From: PVC group bacterium
GTDB lineage: Bacteria; Omnitrophota; Gorgyraeia; B26-G9
Direction of reading: 5' to 3'
Assembly (NCBI GenBank): GCA_024231215.1
Contig: JAAEQR010000072.1
Coordinates: 129,210-193,209, forward strand
DNA: 64,000 nucleotides
Shown here in pieces: positions 1 to 10,046 of this stretch; the first letter of the stretch is position 1; each line of letters opens with the position of its first letter. The position numbers were made by a program, and so were the translations under genes. The notes beneath the pieces are model-generated. The model saw only the letters and a list, made by a program, of their open reading frames with translations. It did not search any database and was not told the origin of the DNA.

Positions 1-1
1 A

Positions 2-136
2 GAAAACGAAGAAGAGGATATAAAACGGATTACTGAACAGATCGCAAAAGTCATTGAATTGTATGTAAAAAAATATCCGCAGCAGTGGTTTATGTTTAGT
101 GAATTCTGGAATCCGGAAAAGGTGGAAATACTCTAA
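2..136 (+). CDS. 3' end of an LpxL/HtrB-family lipid A acyltransferase gene (5' truncated at window edge)
   Basis: Frame open from window edge to TAA at 134-136. The C-terminal peptide ...KYPQQWFMFSEFWNPEK resembles the conserved YPEQW-W C-terminus of lauroyl/myristoyl acyltransferases. Confidence 0.35.
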   Translation, partial: ENEEEDIKRITEQIAKVIELYVKKYPQQWFMFSEFWNPEKVEIL

Positions 137-139
137 GGG

Positions 140-808
140 ATGAAATACTGCGCGTTACTTCCCGCATATAATGAAGAGCAAACAATTGCCGAACTCGTAA
201 AAGATATCCGGGATTATGGACTGGATGTTATTGTGGTTGATGACGGATCGACTGATGATACGGTTGCGGTTGCACAAGAAAATAAAGCCGTTGTATTAAC
301 TCACAATAATAATTCGGGCAAAGGCAAAGCTTTACGTACGGGATTTGATCACATCATTGGCAAAGAATATGATGGTGTGATTATTATGGATGCTGATGGT
401 CAGCATTCTCCTTCGGAAATCAATGAATTCCTGAAGGCAGCAGGTGAATCTAAAGCGGGAATTATCCTCGGTAACCGTATGCAGCATCCAGAAGGCATGC
501 CGTTTGTAAGACGGATGACTAATAAACTTACTTCGTCTGTTGTATCTTCAATCCTTGGGTATGAAATTCCTGATAGTCAGTGCGGATTTAGGTTGATTAA
601 GACAGATGTGCTTAGGAAGCTTGATCTTTTTACGATAAAATATGATACAGAAACAGAAATTTTATTGGAAGCTAGCCGCAATGGATTTAATATTGAATCG
701 GTTCCGATAAGGACTGTTTATTTAAATCAAAAAAGCAAGATTAATCCGCTTATAGATACAATGCGTTTTTGGCTTTTAATTTTTAAGAACATACTTAGGA
801 AAAAATGA
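140..808 (+). CDS. family 2 glycosyltransferase (DPM1-like polyprenyl-phosphate glycosyltransferase)
   Basis: N-terminal LLPAYNEE...VIVVDDGSTDDT and a later DADGQH motif are typical of GT2 enzymes. 222 aa, no C-terminal transmembrane segments. Confidence 0.7.
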   Translation: MKYCALLPAYNEEQTIAELVKDIRDYGLDVIVVDDGSTDDTVAVAQENKAVVLTHNNNSGKGKALRTGFDHIIGKEYDGVIIMDADGQHSPSEINEFLKAAGESKAGIILGNRMQHPEGMPFVRRMTNKLTSSVVSSILGYEIPDSQCGFRLIKTDVLRKLDLFTIKYDTETEILLEASRNGFNIESVPIRTVYLNQKSKINPLIDTMRFWLLIFKNILRKK

Positions 809-1461
809 ATCTTAATTTTGAAACATTACGTAAGTCGATGGTTCAAGAACAAATTTGTAGACGTGGTATTACAGATGAACGTGTTCTGGATGCGTTTTCA
901 GATGTGGAAAGACACGAATTTGTCCCGGCTGAACTTGAAACTTCTGCTTATGAAGATTGTCCTCTTCCGATCGGTAGTGGACAGACTATTTCCCAGCCGT
1001 TTATGGTTGCATTGATGAGTGAACTGCTTGGTTTAAAAGGGTATGAGCGTGTATTGGAAATTGGTACGGGAAGTGGTTATCAGACGGCAATTTTAGCGCA
1101 TTTGGCCAAGGAGGTATATTCAATAGAAAGGATACCAAAGTTGGCATTAGCGGCAAAAGAACGTCTAAATGAGCGTGGATATTGTAATGTTTGGGTTGAA
1201 ACTGGTGATGGTACAGAGGGGCTTAATGTATATAGTCCGTATGATGCAATAATTGTTACGGCTGCGGCTCCGGATGTTCCGGCATCTTTATTAAGTCAGT
1301 TAAAACCTGGGGGGAAGATGGTGATTCCGGTGGGAGGCAGGCAGAGCCAGATGTTAACAATTTATGAAAAGAAAGAATCAGGTGTTTCAACCAGAGATGT
1401 ATGCGCTTGTGTTTTTGTGCCTCTATTGGGCAGGGAAGGATGGAAAGTTAACAATGAGTGA
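805..1461 (+). CDS. pcm: protein-L-isoaspartate O-methyltransferase
   Basis: ISQPFMVA...VLEIGTGSGYQTAILA SAM-binding motif. About 218 aa. Start overlaps the upstream stop. Confidence 0.85.
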   Translation: MNLNFETLRKSMVQEQICRRGITDERVLDAFSDVERHEFVPAELETSAYEDCPLPIGSGQTISQPFMVALMSELLGLKGYERVLEIGTGSGYQTAILAHLAKEVYSIERIPKLALAAKERLNERGYCNVWVETGDGTEGLNVYSPYDAIIVTAAAPDVPASLLSQLKPGGKMVIPVGGRQSQMLTIYEKKESGVSTRDVCACVFVPLLGREGWKVNNE

Positions 1462-1939
1462 AGTAATTATTGAGTTTTTTAAGACGCTTTTACCTCCTGA
1501 AGGGATGATCGTTGCGATTTCCGCAATGCCGGTTGTTGAGTTAAGATTAGCTATTCCCGTGGGGATTGTGATGGGGATGATTCCGTTAAAAGTTTTTTTT
1601 CTTTCAATTATCGGGAATCTAATACCGGTCTTGCCGTTATTATATATGCTTGAGCCTCTTTCAAATAAACTGCGTAAAATAGGAATATTTAAGAAGTTTT
1701 TTGACTGGTTGTTTGAGCGTACAAAAAAGCGGGCTAAGCTTGTGGAAAAGTATGAGTTATTGGGGCTTATTGCGCTTGTGGCTATTCCGTTGCCGATGAC
1801 CGGAGCCTGGACTGGATGTATGGCTGCTTCGTTGTTCGGCTTAGATAAAAAGCTTTCCTTTTTTGCGGTCACGGTTGGGGTTCTTATTGCCGGGGTGATC
1901 GTTTCTATTATTACTTTGGGGGTTAGGGGGATTTTTTAA
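1454..1939 (+). CDS. small multidrug-export-like (COG2426) membrane protein
   Basis: Internal ATG at 1454 overlaps the pcm stop. Multi-TM hydrophobic protein with an AIPLPMTGAWTG motif. The longer 1364 start would sit inside pcm. Confidence 0.45.
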   Translation: MSEVIIEFFKTLLPPEGMIVAISAMPVVELRLAIPVGIVMGMIPLKVFFLSIIGNLIPVLPLLYMLEPLSNKLRKIGIFKKFFDWLFERTKKRAKLVEKYELLGLIALVAIPLPMTGAWTGCMAASLFGLDKKLSFFAVTVGVLIAGVIVSIITLGVRGIF

Positions 1940-1948
1940 TTTTTTATT

Positions 1949-3961
1949 ATGTTTGTTCAAGTCACGGTAAATTTACCTTTAAAGAATATATTTGATTACT
2001 CTGTTCCGCAACATTTGGAAGATTCAGTGGATGTTGGTAAACGGGTATGGGTTCCTTTCCGTAATCGTGTTATTGTCGGCTGTATAATTAATATTAATTC
2101 CAACACAAATATTCGTAATACAAAAGCAATAAAAGAAGTTATTGATGAGACTCCACTTCTATCCGATGATATTCTGAGGTTAACTCATTGGATGGCTGAT
2201 TACTATTTTTGTTCCTGGGGAGAGGCGATAGAAGCGGCAATCCCCAGTCCGTTTAAAAAGGGAAAAACTTCAATCCGGACCAAGATAGCAGAATCTGATT
2301 TTTTAACTTCTGAACATCCAGATGATTTGGTGCGTGAGGATATGTTAACTCTGCATCAGAATAAAGCGCTTACCGAGATTATTAACCATATTAAGACCGG
2401 AGAGTACGGAGCATATCTTTTGCACGGGATCACAGCGAGCGGAAAAACAGAGGTGTATTTTCGGGCGATAGAGGCGGCATTAAAAAAAAATAAAACAGCA
2501 ATTGTTTTTGTGCCGGAAATAGCGCTTACCCCGCAGACGATCGAACGTTTTATTCACAGATTCGGCAAAGATGCAATTGCGATTACGCATAGCCGGTTAA
2601 GTAATAGTGAAAAATTCGTGGAATGGCAGAGGATAAAAAATGGTGAAGTAAAAATAATGATCGGGCCTCGTTCGGCTATTTTTAGTTCTTTGGAAAATAT
2701 CGGGGTGATTGTGGTGGACGAAGAGCATGAGAACACTTATAAACAGGAAGATGTTCCTCGTTATAATTTGGTAACCACAGCGATTAAACGTGCGCAGATC
2801 ACAAAAGCGGTAGTGATCTTAGGAAGTGCTACCCCTTCTTTGGAATCAACATATAAAGCTCAAACAGGAATCATTAAACGAATTGAACTTCCCGAACGGA
2901 TAAAGGGTAGTGATTTACCAACTGTGCAAATTGTTGATATGCGGGAGCAGTCCAGGATATTAAAACGCCGGCCGATAATCTCCAAGGTTATGGAAGATAA
3001 TATTAATCGCTCTTTACAGAAAAAAGAGCAGGTTATTCTTTTTCTTAATCGGAGGGGGTTTTCCACGTTTATACACTGTTCCAAGTGCGGCTATGTAGTG
3101 CATTGTAAACGCTGTAGCACAGCTTTGGTACATCATTTTGATAGAGAGAGTTTGATTTGTCATCATTGTGATTATAAAACATCTTTACCCAAGATGTGTC
3201 CGGAATGTAATGGCGATTATCTGCGTTATTTTGGGACAGGAACCCAAAAAGTAGAAAGTGAACTGCATCGCTTATTTCCAAATGCCAGGATTGGGCGTAT
3301 GGACTCAGATACCTTGGCGAAAAAAACAGCGCATTTTGAAGCATTTAAAGATTTTAAATCCAGAAAAATAGATGTTATGGTTGGGACTCAGGTGCTGGCC
3401 AAAGGACTTGATTTTCCTAATGTTACTCTGGTGGGTGTAATTTCTGCGGATGTAACTTTAAATATTCCTGATTTCAGAGCATCAGAGCGTACTTTTTCTT
3501 TGCTTACACAGGTGGCTGGAAGAGCGGGAAGAGGTAAAGCCCCGGGAAAAGTTATAATTCAAACATATACACCCGAGCATTATGCGATCCAGTGCGCACT
3601 TAAGCATGACTATGATAGTTTTTATGAGCAGGAAATGGTTTTTAGAAAACAATTGAAACTTCCACCGTATATCAATATGGCAGCTTTGAATTTGCGTTCG
3701 AAAAAAGAGCAGAGTGTAATAAAAACAGCTGAAGTCTTAGCAAATATGTTACGCAAGCATAATAAAGCGGATAAAATGATTATTATGGGGCCGTCACCGT
3801 TACCTATTTATAAATTGCGTGGTTATTTTCGCTGGTCGATAGTTGTTAAACATAGTGATGCTTTAACAATAAATAAATTTTTAAGAATGTGTCTTGGGCG
3901 ATGGAAGGTTCCGGCGCAGGTTAAGCTGGCGGTGGATGTAGATCCGAGAATGATTATGTAG
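1949..3961 (+). CDS. priA: primosomal protein N' (replication restart helicase)
   Basis: Walker A GITASGKTEV, DEEH box (VVDEEHE), double Cys4 zinc-binding cluster CSKCG...CKRCS...CHHCD...CPECN, and a C-terminal helicase domain. 670 aa. Confidence 0.85.
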   Translation: MFVQVTVNLPLKNIFDYSVPQHLEDSVDVGKRVWVPFRNRVIVGCIININSNTNIRNTKAIKEVIDETPLLSDDILRLTHWMADYYFCSWGEAIEAAIPSPFKKGKTSIRTKIAESDFLTSEHPDDLVREDMLTLHQNKALTEIINHIKTGEYGAYLLHGITASGKTEVYFRAIEAALKKNKTAIVFVPEIALTPQTIERFIHRFGKDAIAITHSRLSNSEKFVEWQRIKNGEVKIMIGPRSAIFSSLENIGVIVVDEEHENTYKQEDVPRYNLVTTAIKRAQITKAVVILGSATPSLESTYKAQTGIIKRIELPERIKGSDLPTVQIVDMREQSRILKRRPIISKVMEDNINRSLQKKEQVILFLNRRGFSTFIHCSKCGYVVHCKRCSTALVHHFDRESLICHHCDYKTSLPKMCPECNGDYLRYFGTGTQKVESELHRLFPNARIGRMDSDTLAKKTAHFEAFKDFKSRKIDVMVGTQVLAKGLDFPNVTLVGVISADVTLNIPDFRASERTFSLLTQVAGRAGRGKAPGKVIIQTYTPEHYAIQCALKHDYDSFYEQEMVFRKQLKLPPYINMAALNLRSKKEQSVIKTAEVLANMLRKHNKADKMIIMGPSPLPIYKLRGYFRWSIVVKHSDALTINKFLRMCLGRWKVPAQVKLAVDVDPRMIM

Positions 3962-4604
3962 CGGGTCTGATGTTGTTGAATCCTTCTTCTATTACACCCA
4001 GAGCCGCAATGTCTTTGAGAATATTTTCCGCTTGGAGATTGTTGGGAGTGATTTCTAAAATCATTCTTGCTGTAAGTGTAGCTTTTGAATAGTCTTTTTC
4101 TGAAAAATAGATGTTGGCAAGTAATATTAGGGTTTTGAGATGATTTCTATTAATAAGCATGACTTCTTCAAGCGCAGTTTTTGCATGTTTTGTTTTATTC
4201 TGTTGCATGAAAAATGTTGCTAATTTATAGAAAGCTGATGTATTATCAGGATTAAGCAGTATGATTTGTTCCTGAATGGAAATAATAGATTTTTTTTTGC
4301 TTAATAAGATAGCATAAGTAACTTCTACGTTTAAAATAAAGGTTTGGATTATTTCCTTTATAAACGTTATTATCGAGAAAGAAGAAGATTTCTTTTTTTC
4401 TCTGGCAGTTGTCCAGAGGTTATGCAGGCAGGGAGTGTAGTCAGGATTAGTTGATAAAACCTGTTGAAATAACTCAAGAGCATAAGCATAATTTTTTTTC
4501 TTTAAGGCGGAAATGCCTTTTTCGTAGAACTGATTATCCTGTGCAGAAAGCATAGTATTATTCATGATATATAGTATTGTAGAGGAAACAGCGGTAGTTG
4601 TCAA
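3954..4604 (-). CDS. TPR-repeat protein
   Basis: Only substantial minus-strand ORF in this region. Contains repeated A-x-x-x-F/Y...NP TPR-like units. No catalytic motif. Confidence 0.45.
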   Translation of the reverse strand: MTTTAVSSTILYIMNNTMLSAQDNQFYEKGISALKKKNYAYALELFQQVLSTNPDYTPCLHNLWTTAREKKKSSSFSIITFIKEIIQTFILNVEVTYAILLSKKKSIISIQEQIILLNPDNTSAFYKLATFFMQQNKTKHAKTALEEVMLINRNHLKTLILLANIYFSEKDYSKATLTARMILEITPNNLQAENILKDIAALGVIEEGFNNIRPAT

Positions 4605-4626
4605 TTAGATAGCAATAAGGATTATT

Positions 4627-5571
4627 ATGAAAATTGTTTTTTTTGGGTCTTCGGAATTTGCCGTAGCCAGTTTGAATATGTTATTTAAATCACATGATGT
4701 CATGGCTATTGTTACTCAGCCGGACCGGGAAAAAGGCCGTAAACTACAGTTAAGTAAAACCCCGGTTAAAATTTGTGCGCAAAAAAATGACATAGAGATA
4801 TATCAGCCGGAAGATATTTGTGCAGAAGAAGCAATATCTAAACTTAAGAGCTATAATGCCGATTTATTTGTGGTGGTAAGTTTTGGCAGGATTTTAACTA
4901 AAGAAGTTTTAGAAATTCCTAAACTCTATTGTATTAATGTTCATGCTTCTTTGCTGCCGCGTTGGCGGGGCGCTTCTCCAGTCAACCGGGCAATCATAAA
5001 TAAAGACCAGACCACCGGCGTTAGTATTATCAGAATGAATGAACTTATGGATGCTGGGGATATATTGCTAACTAAGAGCTTGGAGATTGACCCGGAAGAT
5101 GATGCGGTTATTCTTATGCAAAAACTAGGAGGGCTAGGGGCAGAGGCGCTTTTAGAGGCGGTTAAAGTAATAGAAGGTGAGAAGGTTAGTTTTATCCAGC
5201 AGGATGAGACTTTAGTTACTATTGCTCATAAATTAAAAAAAACAGATGGGTTGATTGATTGGCAGGAAGAAGCTGAGTGTATTCATAATAAAGTTCGTGG
5301 GTTACTTCCTTGGCCGTGTGCTTATACATATTATAAAGGAAAGTTTCTTAAAATTCTTAAAACAAGGGTTGTTTGTCCTACTTCTGAACAGAAAGAGTAT
5401 TCTTCGGGAGAAATAATAGTCGCGGATCAGAAAGAGGGGATAAGTGTGGCTACGGGTAAAGAAATAATTGTGATTGAAATGTTACAACCAGAAGGTAAAC
5501 GAGTTATGTCTGCACAGGATTTTTTATTGGGGCATAAGGTTATAGTAGGAGATAAATTATGCCAGAGTTAA
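4627..5571 (+). CDS. fmt: methionyl-tRNA formyltransferase
   Basis: N-terminal MKIVFFGS...F formyltransferase fold, a HASLLPRWRG motif, and a C-terminal Fmt domain. Confidence 0.85.
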   Translation: MKIVFFGSSEFAVASLNMLFKSHDVMAIVTQPDREKGRKLQLSKTPVKICAQKNDIEIYQPEDICAEEAISKLKSYNADLFVVVSFGRILTKEVLEIPKLYCINVHASLLPRWRGASPVNRAIINKDQTTGVSIIRMNELMDAGDILLTKSLEIDPEDDAVILMQKLGGLGAEALLEAVKVIEGEKVSFIQQDETLVTIAHKLKKTDGLIDWQEEAECIHNKVRGLLPWPCAYTYYKGKFLKILKTRVVCPTSEQKEYSSGEIIVADQKEGISVATGKEIIVIEMLQPEGKRVMSAQDFLLGHKVIVGDKLCQS

Positions 5572-6584
5572 GAAAAGATCCTGTGATCGGGCGCTGGGTA
5601 ATAATATCTACAGAACGCGCTAAAAGGCCGCATGATTTTGTAACCAAAAATGAGGAGGCAGAATCGTCGCAAGATGACTGTCCTTTTTGTGAGGGAAAAG
5701 AAGATAAAACTCCTTTGGAGATAACTGCCCTTAGAGATGCCGAGAGTTCTTCAAATGGTCCAGGGTGGAAGGTTCGAGTTGTTCCGAGCCTGGCACCGCT
5801 TTTACAGATTGAAGGAGATATGGGCCGTCGAGGTAAGGGGATGTATGATCTTATGAACGGAATTGGGGCGCATGAGATTATTATTGATACTCCTGAGCAT
5901 ATTGCGAATATCGCGAATTTAGAAGAAGAGCAGATTGCACGTGTTTTTGGTGTATATACTAAACGCATGGAAGATTTAAAAGGGGATGATCGAATAAAAT
6001 ATGTCCTTATTTTTAAAAACCACGGGATTATTGCTGGGGCTAGTTCGATCAAGCATTCACGAACTCAGCTTATCGCAATGCCGGTTAATCCACGCCGGGT
6101 AAAAGAAGAATTGATTGGAGCGCGGCGGTACTATGAATATAAAAAGCGTTGTATTTTTTGTGATATGATACAGCAAGAAATAAAGACAAATGCCCGAATT
6201 ATTGCCAGAGAGGGAGGGTTTATTGCTTTAACTCCGTTTGCTTCCCGTTTTCCTTTTGAGATCATGGTATTACCCGAAGAGCATTCCTGTGATTTTTATC
6301 AATTGAAAAATACAAAGGGATTGGCAAAAGTAATGCGATCAGTGCTAAAAAAGTTATCAATTGGACTTAAGAACCCGCCGTATAATTATATTATTCATAC
6401 TGCTCCGTTTAGGAGAATGGCCTCAGCTGGGTATTGGAAGACGATTGATCAGGATTATCATTGGCATATTGAAATTATGCCGCGGCTTACAAAAATGGCT
6501 GGATTTGAATGGGGCAGTGGATTTTATATTAATCCGACATCGCCGGAAGCTGCGGCGGATTACTTGAAAGGCGTGGAGATATAA
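5559..6584 (+). CDS. GalT-like HIT-superfamily nucleotidyltransferase (galactose-1-phosphate uridylyltransferase family), paralog 1
   Basis: CPFCEGKEDKTP zinc/HIT-like N-terminal motif and an HWHIEI histidine motif. Both motifs are shared with the downstream paralog. Confidence 0.55.
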   Translation: MPELRKDPVIGRWVIISTERAKRPHDFVTKNEEAESSQDDCPFCEGKEDKTPLEITALRDAESSSNGPGWKVRVVPSLAPLLQIEGDMGRRGKGMYDLMNGIGAHEIIIDTPEHIANIANLEEEQIARVFGVYTKRMEDLKGDDRIKYVLIFKNHGIIAGASSIKHSRTQLIAMPVNPRRVKEELIGARRYYEYKKRCIFCDMIQQEIKTNARIIAREGGFIALTPFASRFPFEIMVLPEEHSCDFYQLKNTKGLAKVMRSVLKKLSIGLKNPPYNYIIHTAPFRRMASAGYWKTIDQDYHWHIEIMPRLTKMAGFEWGSGFYINPTSPEAAADYLKGVEI

Positions 6585-7591
6585 TGCAGCAATTTCGAAG
6601 GGATCCTATTCTTGGTAGATGGATTATAGTTCAATACGATAGGGAACAGGGGCCACAAAATTATCAATCACAAGCAATACAAAAGCAGAACAACCAAAAA
6701 GTATGTCCTTTTTGTGTTGGACACGAAGATAAAACCCCGGATGAAATATATATAGATCGTACTCCTCAGGTTAATTCCGAGGGGGAGGCTTGGAGCTTAC
6801 GGGTTATTGAAAATAAATTCCCTGCTTTACGGACAGAGGGAATTCCCAGCCGGCAGGGGTTGGGTATTTATGATCAAATTAATGGAGTTGGTGCGCATGA
6901 AGTAATAATTGAAACAGCTAATCATGATAAAGATATCTCAGATTTGACCATAGAGGAAGTAAAAAGGATAATTCTGGCTTATAAACATAGATGTATAGAG
7001 TTAAAGCAAGACAAGCGCCTGGAGTATGTTCTGATATTTAAAAATCACGGCAAAGGTGCGGGGGCATCTTTAGAACATGCACATTCTCAGTTAATTGCTT
7101 TACCGATTGTTCCGAAAAAGGTAAAGGAGGCGATGCTTGGGGCACAGAAATATTATGAATATAAAGAAAGGTGTGTGTTTTGTGACATTATTCAACAGGA
7201 GATCGAGTCAAAAGAGCGTATAGTTTTGGAAAATGATCTTTTTATTGCTTTTGCACCGTTTGCTTCAAGTTCACCGTTTGAAACTTGGATTATTCCTAAA
7301 AAACATAGCTCTCATTTTCATGATATTTCTGAGCAAAGTATTGGATCTGCAGCAGATATGTTAAGAGAGGTTTTAATAAGATTAAAAAAAGTATTGACAG
7401 ACCCGCCATTTAATTTTATTATTAACACTGCTCCTATTCAGCATGATGAGGAGCTTAATTTTTATCATTGGCATATAGAGATAGTGCCAAAGTTGACTAG
7501 GGCTGCTGGGTTTGAATGGGGAACTGGTTTTTATATCAACCCCAGCCCGCCGGAAAAGACCGCAAAATGGTTGCGGGATGTGAGGATTTGA
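6584..7591 (+). CDS. GalT-like HIT-superfamily nucleotidyltransferase, paralog 2
   Basis: [12 protein letters not shown] and HWHIEI motifs, collinear with the upstream gene. Start overlaps the upstream stop. Confidence 0.55.
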   Translation: MQQFRRDPILGRWIIVQYDREQGPQNYQSQAIQKQNNQKVCPFCVGHEDKTPDEIYIDRTPQVNSEGEAWSLRVIENKFPALRTEGIPSRQGLGIYDQINGVGAHEVIIETANHDKDISDLTIEEVKRIILAYKHRCIELKQDKRLEYVLIFKNHGKGAGASLEHAHSQLIALPIVPKKVKEAMLGAQKYYEYKERCVFCDIIQQEIESKERIVLENDLFIAFAPFASSSPFETWIIPKKHSSHFHDISEQSIGSAADMLREVLIRLKKVLTDPPFNFIINTAPIQHDEELNFYHWHIEIVPKLTRAAGFEWGTGFYINPSPPEKTAKWLRDVRI

Positions 7592-7605
7592 AAGGAGGAA
7601 GTGTA

Positions 7606-8613
7606 ATGGGAGTACGTATTGGTATTAATGGTTTTGGAAGAATCGGTCGTCATGTATTTAAAGTAGCACTTGAAAAGGGTGATCTTGAGGTTGTTGGAAT
7701 TAATGATCTTACAGATGCTAAAACATTAGCGCATCTTTTAAAATATGATTCTATTTTTGGTAGATATTCTAAATCTGTCAGTGTTGACGGTGATGCGATT
7801 GTGGTTGACGGTAAGAAAATCAAGATTACCGCAGAAAGAGATCCGAAGAAACTGCCTTGGAAAGATCTGAAAGTAGATGTTGTTATTGAGTCTACAGGCG
7901 TATTTAGAACTAAAGAGCAGTGTATGTGGCATATCGAAGCCGGTGCAAAAAAAGTTATCTTGACTGTACCGTCAAAAGATAAAGTAGATAATACAATTGT
8001 ACTTGGTGTTAATGATGATGATTTAAAGGCAGAAGACATTGTTGTATCTAATGCTTCTTGTACAACTAACTGTTTGGCCCCGGTTGCTAAAGTACTTAAT
8101 GACAGCTTTGGTGTTATTGAGGGGTTAATGACGACAATCCATTCTTATACCAATGATCAGAAGATTTTGGATTTTCCGCATCCTGATTTAAGAAGAGCAC
8201 GTGCAGCAGCGCTTTCTATGATTCCTACGACAACTGGAGCAGCAAAGGCAGTAGGTCTGGTTATTCCGGAGCTTAATGGAAAGTTAAACGGTATGGCCAT
8301 ACGCGTTCCGACACCGACTGGTTCTTTGGTTGATTTGGTGGTGAGATTGGAAAAAGATGCTTCAGTAGAAGAGATCAATGCAGCAGTGAAGAAAGCTGCA
8401 GATGGTCCGATGAAGGGGATTCTTAGCTACTGCGAAGATCCGATTGTATCTGCTGATGTAATCGGTGATACGCATTCTTCGGTTTTTGATGCACTGAGCA
8501 CTATGAAATTGGGTAATGGGTTTGTTAAAGTGCTTTCTTGGTACGATAATGAATGGGGATATTCCAATCGCGTAGTTGATTTGATTGGGCTTATTGCCAA
8601 AAAAGGATTGTAA
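7606..8613 (+). CDS. gap: glyceraldehyde-3-phosphate dehydrogenase
   Basis: [18 protein letters not shown]-binding N-terminus and active-site [23 protein letters not shown] lies upstream of the ATG at 7606. Confidence 0.9.
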   Translation: MGVRIGINGFGRIGRHVFKVALEKGDLEVVGINDLTDAKTLAHLLKYDSIFGRYSKSVSVDGDAIVVDGKKIKITAERDPKKLPWKDLKVDVVIESTGVFRTKEQCMWHIEAGAKKVILTVPSKDKVDNTIVLGVNDDDLKAEDIVVSNASCTTNCLAPVAKVLNDSFGVIEGLMTTIHSYTNDQKILDFPHPDLRRARAAALSMIPTTTGAAKAVGLVIPELNGKLNGMAIRVPTPTGSLVDLVVRLEKDASVEEINAAVKKAADGPMKGILSYCEDPIVSADVIGDTHSSVFDALSTMKLGNGFVKVLSWYDNEWGYSNRVVDLIGLIAKKGL

Positions 8614-8635
8614 TATTAAGAAACTATAAATATCA

Positions 8636-8673
8636 AGCGGGGAGAAGATTTTAACTTTTCCCCGCTTTTTTTA
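8636..8673 (+). terminator. rho-independent terminator after gap
   Basis: Stem AGCGGGGA / TCCCCGCT followed by a T-run (TTTTTTT). Confidence 0.6.
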
Positions 8674-8737
8674 TTTAAATTTTACTGATCCAGAACCTAA
8701 CGTGTAATTCAACATACAGTTACCTCCCATATATTAC

Positions 8738-8766
8738 TTGACAACAATTACAATATATGCTATCGT
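8738..8766 (+). promoter_or_regulatory. candidate sigma70-type promoter for the secretin-assembly operon
   Basis: TTGACA, 17-nt spacer, TATCGT (or overlapping TATATG) located upstream of the 8890 ORF. Confidence 0.35.
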
Positions 8767-8889
8767 AAAATTGTTTAAAATGGGGGAGTACTATAGGCTC
8801 TTCCATAGGAAAAATTCTTGCCTTTTCCAGGGAAGGAACGTGTTTTATTTTTAAAAGGAGTTACTGTCTTAAATATTGAAGAGGTGAAC

Positions 8890-9135
8890 ATGGATGATAT
8901 TATGACCGCAATGGATGTGGTGAAAGAATTCAATATTTCTTATCAAACTTTAAATCACTATACCAATTTTGGTCTGCTTAATGCGGTTAAAAAAAGAGGC
9001 TTAGGGAATAAGCGCTTATATGCCGCATCCGAAGTAAAGAATAATCTTCAAAGAATCGATCAATTGAAAGAAAAAGGATATCCGTTAAAAATTATTGTCG
9101 AGATTCTAAAAGAGAATCATTCTGTTACTGTTTAG
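8890..9135 (+). CDS. MerR-like helix-turn-helix small protein
   Basis: MTAMDVVKEFNISYQTLNHYTNFGLL... matches the MerR-family HTH pattern (hydrophobic, x, E/K, x, x, G/N, I/V, S, x, x, T, L, R/N, x, Y). RBS GAGGTG lies before the ATG at 8890. Confidence 0.4.
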   Translation: MDDIMTAMDVVKEFNISYQTLNHYTNFGLLNAVKKRGLGNKRLYAASEVKNNLQRIDQLKEKGYPLKIIVEILKENHSVTV

Positions 9136-9171
9136 GGAGTTTATTTAAAGACCTTTTAAAAGGGGTAAATT

Positions 9172-10032
9172 ATGAGTTATTACAAAATTCTAGGTTTTGA
9201 TAAGGAACCGTTTTCCACAAGTCCTGATCCGTCATTTTTTTATGAATCACGTGAGCATGAGAGGGCGTTAACTAATTTGATGATTGAATTACGGCTTAAG
9301 CGTGGTTTGTCTGTGATTTTAGGAGACGTTGGGACGGGAAAAACTACTTTGAGCCGTAAACTCTATCAGCTTATCCAATCACAGGATGCATTCATCTGTC
9401 ATATGATTCTTGATCCGGTATATAATGACGAAGAGATATTTTTGACTTCTCTGGTAAGGAATTTTGAGGTGGAGCCGAATAATTTCGGGCCGGCAATCTT
9501 AAATCTAAAAGAAGCATTGGAGAAATTTCTTTATCAGAAAGGCGTTGAGCAAAATCAGACCGTTGTTTTAATTATCGATGAAGCACAAAAGCTTAATGAA
9601 GTAAGCTTAGAATGCTTGCGTGTTTTATTGAATTATGAAACAAACGAGTTTAAACTCTTGCAATTGGTTTTGCTCGGTCAAATGGAATTACATTCCAAAA
9701 TAATAAACATTCCTAATTTTATAGACAGAATTAGTTTTAAATATACTCTAAATCCTTTGGATGTAGAAGAAGTAAGAAGGATGATTGAATTTCGAATACG
9801 ACAGGCTGGTTATCAGTCTAATATTCAACTGTTTTTAGACCGGGCGATTAAGGAGATCCATCGTAATACCGGGGGATATCCGCGTCGTATCAACATGTTA
9901 TGTCATAAACTTCTTAAACAGTTGGTGATGAAAAATCAGTTTGTAGTTGATGAAGCATTGGTTAAAGAAGTAGTAGAAGAAGAATTGCGGCAGGGACTGC
10001 ACTGGGTAAGACAGCCTTCGGTAGTGGCTTAA
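9172..10032 (+). CDS. ExeA/GspA/MshM-family AAA ATPase (secretin assembly)
   Basis: Walker A GDVGTGKTTL, Walker B LIIDEAQ, and collinear with the AAA portion of ExeA/MshM. 286 aa. Confidence 0.7.
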   Translation: MSYYKILGFDKEPFSTSPDPSFFYESREHERALTNLMIELRLKRGLSVILGDVGTGKTTLSRKLYQLIQSQDAFICHMILDPVYNDEEIFLTSLVRNFEVEPNNFGPAILNLKEALEKFLYQKGVEQNQTVVLIIDEAQKLNEVSLECLRVLLNYETNEFKLLQLVLLGQMELHSKIINIPNFIDRISFKYTLNPLDVEEVRRMIEFRIRQAGYQSNIQLFLDRAIKEIHRNTGGYPRRINMLCHKLLKQLVMKNQFVVDEALVKEVVEEELRQGLHWVRQPSVVA

Positions 10033-10046
10033 ATAGGAAATGCGTT

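Noticed and set aside
1423-1872. 149-aa minus-strand ORF
   Set aside because: It lies antisense inside the well-supported membrane-protein gene, has no RBS or motif, and is typical of a spurious antisense ORF in an AT-rich coding region. The same reasoning applies to the other short antisense or overlapping ORFs: 2554-2736, 2860-3344, 5540-6052, 7650-8039, 8157-8378, 9962-10216, 10672-11049, 13327-13671, 15029-15262, 22907-23263, 29112-29515, 40210-40638, 44964-45581, 48391-48957, 51571-52047, 55848-56129, 57389-57610, 58430-58993.
8818-8889. Longer 105-aa form of the MerR-like ORF starting at 8818
   Set aside because: The MerR-type HTH begins right after the internal ATG at 8890, which has a good GAGGTG RBS. 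The upstream extension has no RBS and probably reflects the ORF finder's first-start rule.
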